From positions 1 through 64,000 of the IMG/VR virus record IMGVR_UViG_3300032250_000391: 64,000 nucleotides of DNA; one strand, given 5' to 3'. Shown here piece after piece: positions 60,456-64,000 of the stretch; positions within the stretch are counted from its first letter, which is position 1; every line of letters starts with the position of its first letter. A program made the translations under genes and the position numbers. The stretch is from a virus. Its lineage: Duplodnaviria > Caudoviricetes. Below the pieces are notes generated by a model that did not search any database, was not told the origin of the DNA, and saw nothing but the letters and a program-made list of their open reading frames with translations.

Positions 60456-60731
60456 TTAGTAGTCGATTTCAGGAATGTTAAAACCTTTGGTCGCGGCATA
60501 CGCTTGAAGCTCGCCTACGACACCGTTTAGATAGCGAGCCTTCGCTATTATTTCACCGCGAGGCAATTCGCCATCGCAACTCAGATTTTCAGGGCTAAGT
60601 TTGGAACTCAAAGAGTTTGCCAAGCGTTTGCAGTCCTTCTCGCTCAAGTCGTAGGGATTGTAAGTAGCGTCTTTGCCAAAGATAGCGTCCCAATCGTTTT
60701 GTTGTTCGCAGTATTGGATTAAATTTCTCAT
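60456..60731 (-). CDS. Conserved phage hypothetical protein
   Basis: LSPENLSCDGE motif; RBS before MRNL. Confidence 0.7.
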   Translation of the reverse strand: MRNLIQYCEQQNDWDAIFGKDATYNPYDLSEKDCKRLANSLSSKLSPENLSCDGELPRGEIIAKARYLNGVVGELQAYAATKGFNIPEIDY

Positions 60732-60741
60732 GGTTTTCTCC

Positions 60742-61065
60742 TTATGCAATTACTGGCTTGAAGCCAAAGTTGTCGACGATGTAAAAGCCTTCGTTTTCGT
60801 CATTTTTGTTTAGCCAAATTAAATCTCCGACCGAAGTAGAGCGATAATTTTTCCTACCGCCCATCACTTCGACGCCTTCGTTTTCTGACCAATGCTCGTC
60901 AATGGAATTAGTCAAATCAAAGGCGTCAGCTAAAATTCTGTCCTTTAGCAAGTCACGATTATTAAGAAAGGCAACTGGCTCGTAATCGTTTAAGTCGACA
61001 CGCGTTGGCGTCTTGCCAAGATAACCTTCAAATTTTTTCTTTTGCATAACTATGGCTGAGTACAT
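60742..61065 (-). CDS. YodL-like protein
   Basis: RSTSVGDLI...YIVDNFGF. Confidence 0.6.
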   Translation of the reverse strand: MYSAIVMQKKKFEGYLGKTPTRVDLNDYEPVAFLNNRDLLKDRILADAFDLTNSIDEHWSENEGVEVMGGRKNYRSTSVGDLIWLNKNDENEGFYIVDNFGFKPVIA

Positions 61066-61139
61066 TTCCTTCTCCTTTATTAGTGTTGCTCTGTCGATTT
61101 AGTTATTATGACGAAGTAAGTCAGGCGTGACTAATGGCA

Positions 61140-61941
61140 CTAAGTAAATAAAGCAAGTTGCCAATCAGAGTCTTCTTTGATAGGGTCAAAGACAATTTCG
61201 AAGTCTTCGTTTGGCGGTCCAATTTCCATTGTAAAAAAGTCCTGCGCCCAATTCTGAGGCGTATAGTCGCGGTAAGCCCATAGAAGCGTGTCATAGAAAT
61301 AGCCTCTATCCTGCTCGCATGAATACATCACGGCATCTAGGACTAACTTTTTAGCCTCAGAAACGGTTATTTTGGTTTTAGGTCTACTCATGAGAGTGCC
61401 TCCTTTATTCTTTCTAAATTCACGCAGGAATAATTCATCGGATACTTTTCTTCAAATTTAGGGACGACGAGCATAGCCCATATATACGCCTGCTCCGTAT
61501 CTGTCAGTTCCGAAGGCTCGTATACGTTAGTCATGTCCATTTTCATATTTAAGCCCGCCTCTGACGAGAGAATTGGCGCCGCCCAAAGATAGTCCTCATA
61601 CGCGAAGTAGGCGTTACCGTCGTTATGATTGTAAAAAGCCTTAACAAAAGTTTTGTCAGTCATGATTTCTCCTAAAATGAGTAAGGGGCGTAATTGCGAA
61701 TTGGCGAGTCTTTGGAAAGCGATATATGCTCCTTAAACTCGTACTCAATTCCTCTGTCTTTGAGAGCGCCAATAAATAAAGAGGCGTCGCAGTCTTCCTC
61801 TAAGTAGACGTAATCGCCTCTGGCGTAAGAGTAGTAGGAAATCTTGTCATCAATTCCAAACTGCTCCAACATACGTTTCTCGACCTTGAGCCAACCATGT
61901 CCAGGGTCCGAATAAAAATCTAATTGCATTGTCATCTCCAC
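61140..61941 (-). CDS. Three small early ORFs (61140-61391, 61388-61663, 61672-61941; the last has FYSDPGHGWLKV)
   Basis: Coupled ORFs with RBSs behind a GCC-class promoter. Confidence 0.65.
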
Positions 61942-62010
61942 TCTCCTTGTGATTATTTGCTACATTTATAATTGTAGATATCCGATACAGGCGTGTAAAT
62001 CACGAATGAC

Positions 62011-62289
62011 TTACTGCCTAAGAGATGCCAATTTCACAAATCTAGGGCGCATATAATAGTTTTGCGCCTCGATGCAATTGCGGATACTGGCGGCAAACTG
62101 ATGCCTTTTGCCATCGGCATTAGCCAGCTCCATCATTGTGACTGCAATAAAGATGGCAACAAGAGGCTTTTTGTTGTGCAGATGCTCAAGGACTGCGCCT
62201 CGATTACCGTTAAGCCAACTCTCATAAAGTTCGGATATTTCCTCTTCCTCAATTTCAAACTCTGCAACTTTTTCTTTAGGCGATTTCAT
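62011..62289 (-). CDS. Hypothetical protein
   Basis: ES.LNGNR motif; overlaps the previous gene. Confidence 0.6.
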   Translation of the reverse strand: MKSPKEKVAEFEIEEEEISELYESWLNGNRGAVLEHLHNKKPLVAIFIAVTMMELANADGKRHQFAASIRNCIEAQNYYMRPRFVKLASLRQ

Positions 62290-62755
62290 GTAATTCCTCC
62301 ATCCATTCCGGTATGTTTCGATATTTCCAATGTGCGATATGTGCTTTGTGTAGCCTGTAATAAGTACGATAGGCTGTCACGGCGTCAGGATGCTTGCACT
62401 CGTCAGGCATCGCTTGTGCAAACGGTGTCATGCCAATGGGTATAGCTTTGGGTGGCGGACTCCAGATGCTTTCGATGACTGACTGACAGGCATGTCGCTT
62501 GTCGTAGCGGTAGGAATATTCTGCACACAGTTCCAAGCCCAACTCGACTAGCCACTGGTAATTTTCCTTGCTTTGCCTAGCCCAAACTGTGCAGGGATGA
62601 TTTGGATAGGCTGGCTTGTATTGAGAATAACCGCCAAGCAGATGATGGGCTGTGGACAGCATTTGTGCAGTTTCCAACGGCATTTTGACTATATGCTTGT
62701 CCAAGTGAAGCCTTGCGGCCTCAATCGGTTCGTAATCTAGGACAAAAATGTTCAT
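62276..62755 (-). CDS. Pyrimidine-dimer DNA glycosylase/endonuclease V family protein
   Basis: MNIFVLD, DKHIVKM.LE.AQMLSTA, NHPCTVW and F.QAMPD motifs. Confidence 0.85.
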   Translation of the reverse strand: MNIFVLDYEPIEAARLHLDKHIVKMPLETAQMLSTAHHLLGGYSQYKPAYPNHPCTVWARQSKENYQWLVELGLELCAEYSYRYDKRHACQSVIESIWSPPPKAIPIGMTPFAQAMPDECKHPDAVTAYRTYYRLHKAHIAHWKYRNIPEWMEELHEIA

Positions 62756-63481
62756 TGAAATTCGACTCCAACAAAGAAGCCCATCATGATTAAGGCGGCA
62801 GATACTTTTCTTGGTAATTCGTATACGCCATCGTAATCTCGTAGGGTGACTTGCGTTTCGTCAATCACACTTGTTTCATCCTCAAACCACAAGCCACCGC
62901 CTGTGCCAGTTTTTTGATGCTCAAAGAATCCATAATTAGCCTGTGAGTCAACTTGCACGTCCCAATCGCCAACTGTTAGTTTTTTGTCAAAGTTATATGC
63001 CATTTTGTTTCTCCTTGTAATTGATTAACCACAATTACATTTTAAAGATTAGATTCAGGCGCGTCGGGTGGCAGTTTCGCTAAATCGTAGGAATCACAGA
63101 TAGGTCATCGTCGCTTGTAAAGAGAGCGCCTGCGTTATTACCTTCATCGTCTTGGGACGAAAAAATATGCGAGCCATCGCTAAAGAAAATGACCAAAGAC
63201 CTTTGATACCAGCCTAAGTTGTCCATTTCGTCGCTTGTTAAATAGCGAACTGAGGCAACTGTTTTGCCGACTAGAAACGCAGAGGCAGACGCCTCCCAAG
63301 ATTTAATTAATTTGTCCAAAATTTACTCCTTTATATACATACGAACTGTGTCGCCAAAACCTAGCAACTTAAGGGCAAAAGCATCTGCTTCTGCCTGTGA
63401 GTCAAACTCTTCCTCACGCCACTTGCGAAGCTCTGTCCATGAATTTTTGGAATACTCAACTACATAATAAACTTTGGTCAT
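62752..63481 (-). CDS. Three small early ORFs (62752-63003, 63080-63319, 63323-63481)
   Basis: RBSs and coupled starts/stops; the last ORF (52 aa) was translated manually. Confidence 0.6.
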
Positions 63482-63690
63482 CTCATTGCTCCTTTATGTG
63501 AACTGTTTAAGCCTAGCAATAAGCTAGGGTCTGTTACTAAAATATAATTGCTTTTGGGCATCGGCACGACACAATGCTTTATTTTCCTAGCATTACTTTC
63601 GCCACAATCCATGCAGACCTTGTAGCCTAGCAAGCCTCGTCTGCCATCTACCGCCTCACCGCATTGCCTACAGTCAAACGACTCACTCAT
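63478..63690 (-). CDS. C4 zinc-finger protein (TraR/DksA-like)
   Basis: CRQCGE...R...GY..CMDC. Confidence 0.55.
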   Translation of the reverse strand: MSESFDCRQCGEAVDGRRGLLGYKVCMDCGESNARKIKHCVVPMPKSNYILVTDPSLLLGLNSSHKGAMR

Positions 63691-63863
63691 AACTCCTCCC
63701 ATCTAGCCATCATTTCGCCTAAATCTACTACTGGCGCGTCATCGCTGACGTTGTACCAGAGGCAATAGGGGTCGTTGTTTTGCTTTAAATTTGCTTGGCT
63801 AACATTCTGCTGCCAATCAATTTTTTCTTGCTCTGCCTGCCATACCGCTTTTACTCTACCCAT
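63687..63863 (-). CDS. Hypothetical protein (start MGRVK)
   Basis: RBS GAGGAG. Confidence 0.55.
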   Translation of the reverse strand: MGRVKAVWQAEQEKIDWQQNVSQANLKQNNDPYCLWYNVSDDAPVVDLGEMMARWEEL

Positions 63864-64000
63864 AACTGACTCCTCCTCTTTCGTAGCCAACTACATTAAA
63901 ATCGCCATGATTGCCAATGATTGAAAGATTAGGGTTGTCATCAAAGTAATAGAAAATGGCATCGTCATCCTCGCCTTCAACCCCGTTCCACTCGCCAATA

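Larger units (their letters stand above)
2698..64000. mobile_element. Large integrated siphovirus-like prophage (SSU5/pHCM2-like gene order), incomplete at right
   Basis: Complete terminase-portal-capsid-tail-tape measure-lysis set, plus replication genes and the att core at left. Confidence 0.9.

Overview
Bases 1-~2700 are host DNA: the 5' part of a two-partner-secretion filamentous-hemagglutinin-like gene (minus strand) with twin sigma54-type promoters. At 2698-2712 lies a 15-bp duplicate of a tRNA-Cys 3' end, a probable att site. Everything to its right is one large siphovirus-like prophage, which runs off the right edge. Its gene order resembles SSU5/pHCM2-type phage-plasmids (my recollection, not a search result). 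Left to right, mostly on the minus strand: DNA ligase, primase, DnaB, an Hfq-like protein, PhoH, two metallophosphoesterases, endolysin, modular fibre genes, tail and head genes, terminase, a ParB/ParB/ABC-ATPase/GNAT module, a helicase, and a long array of small early-type genes. The most unusual observations are these. (1) A sharply bounded ~770-bp transcription unit (54661-55427) almost devoid of GG/CC dinucleotides, next to a possible virion end. (2) A GGC/GCC-rich early region with ~10 promoters that replace the -35 box with fixed-spacing GCC/CCTRA boxes. (3) About 22 copies of a palindromic operator, TAAGTCA-N4-TGACTTA. (4) A phage Hfq plus candidate sRNAs, one carrying an anti-Shine-Dalgarno seed. 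(5) An unannotated ArfA-like ORF. (6) Two inverted AT-rich sites bracketing the late region. All calls come from reading the sequence by eye; no searches were run.
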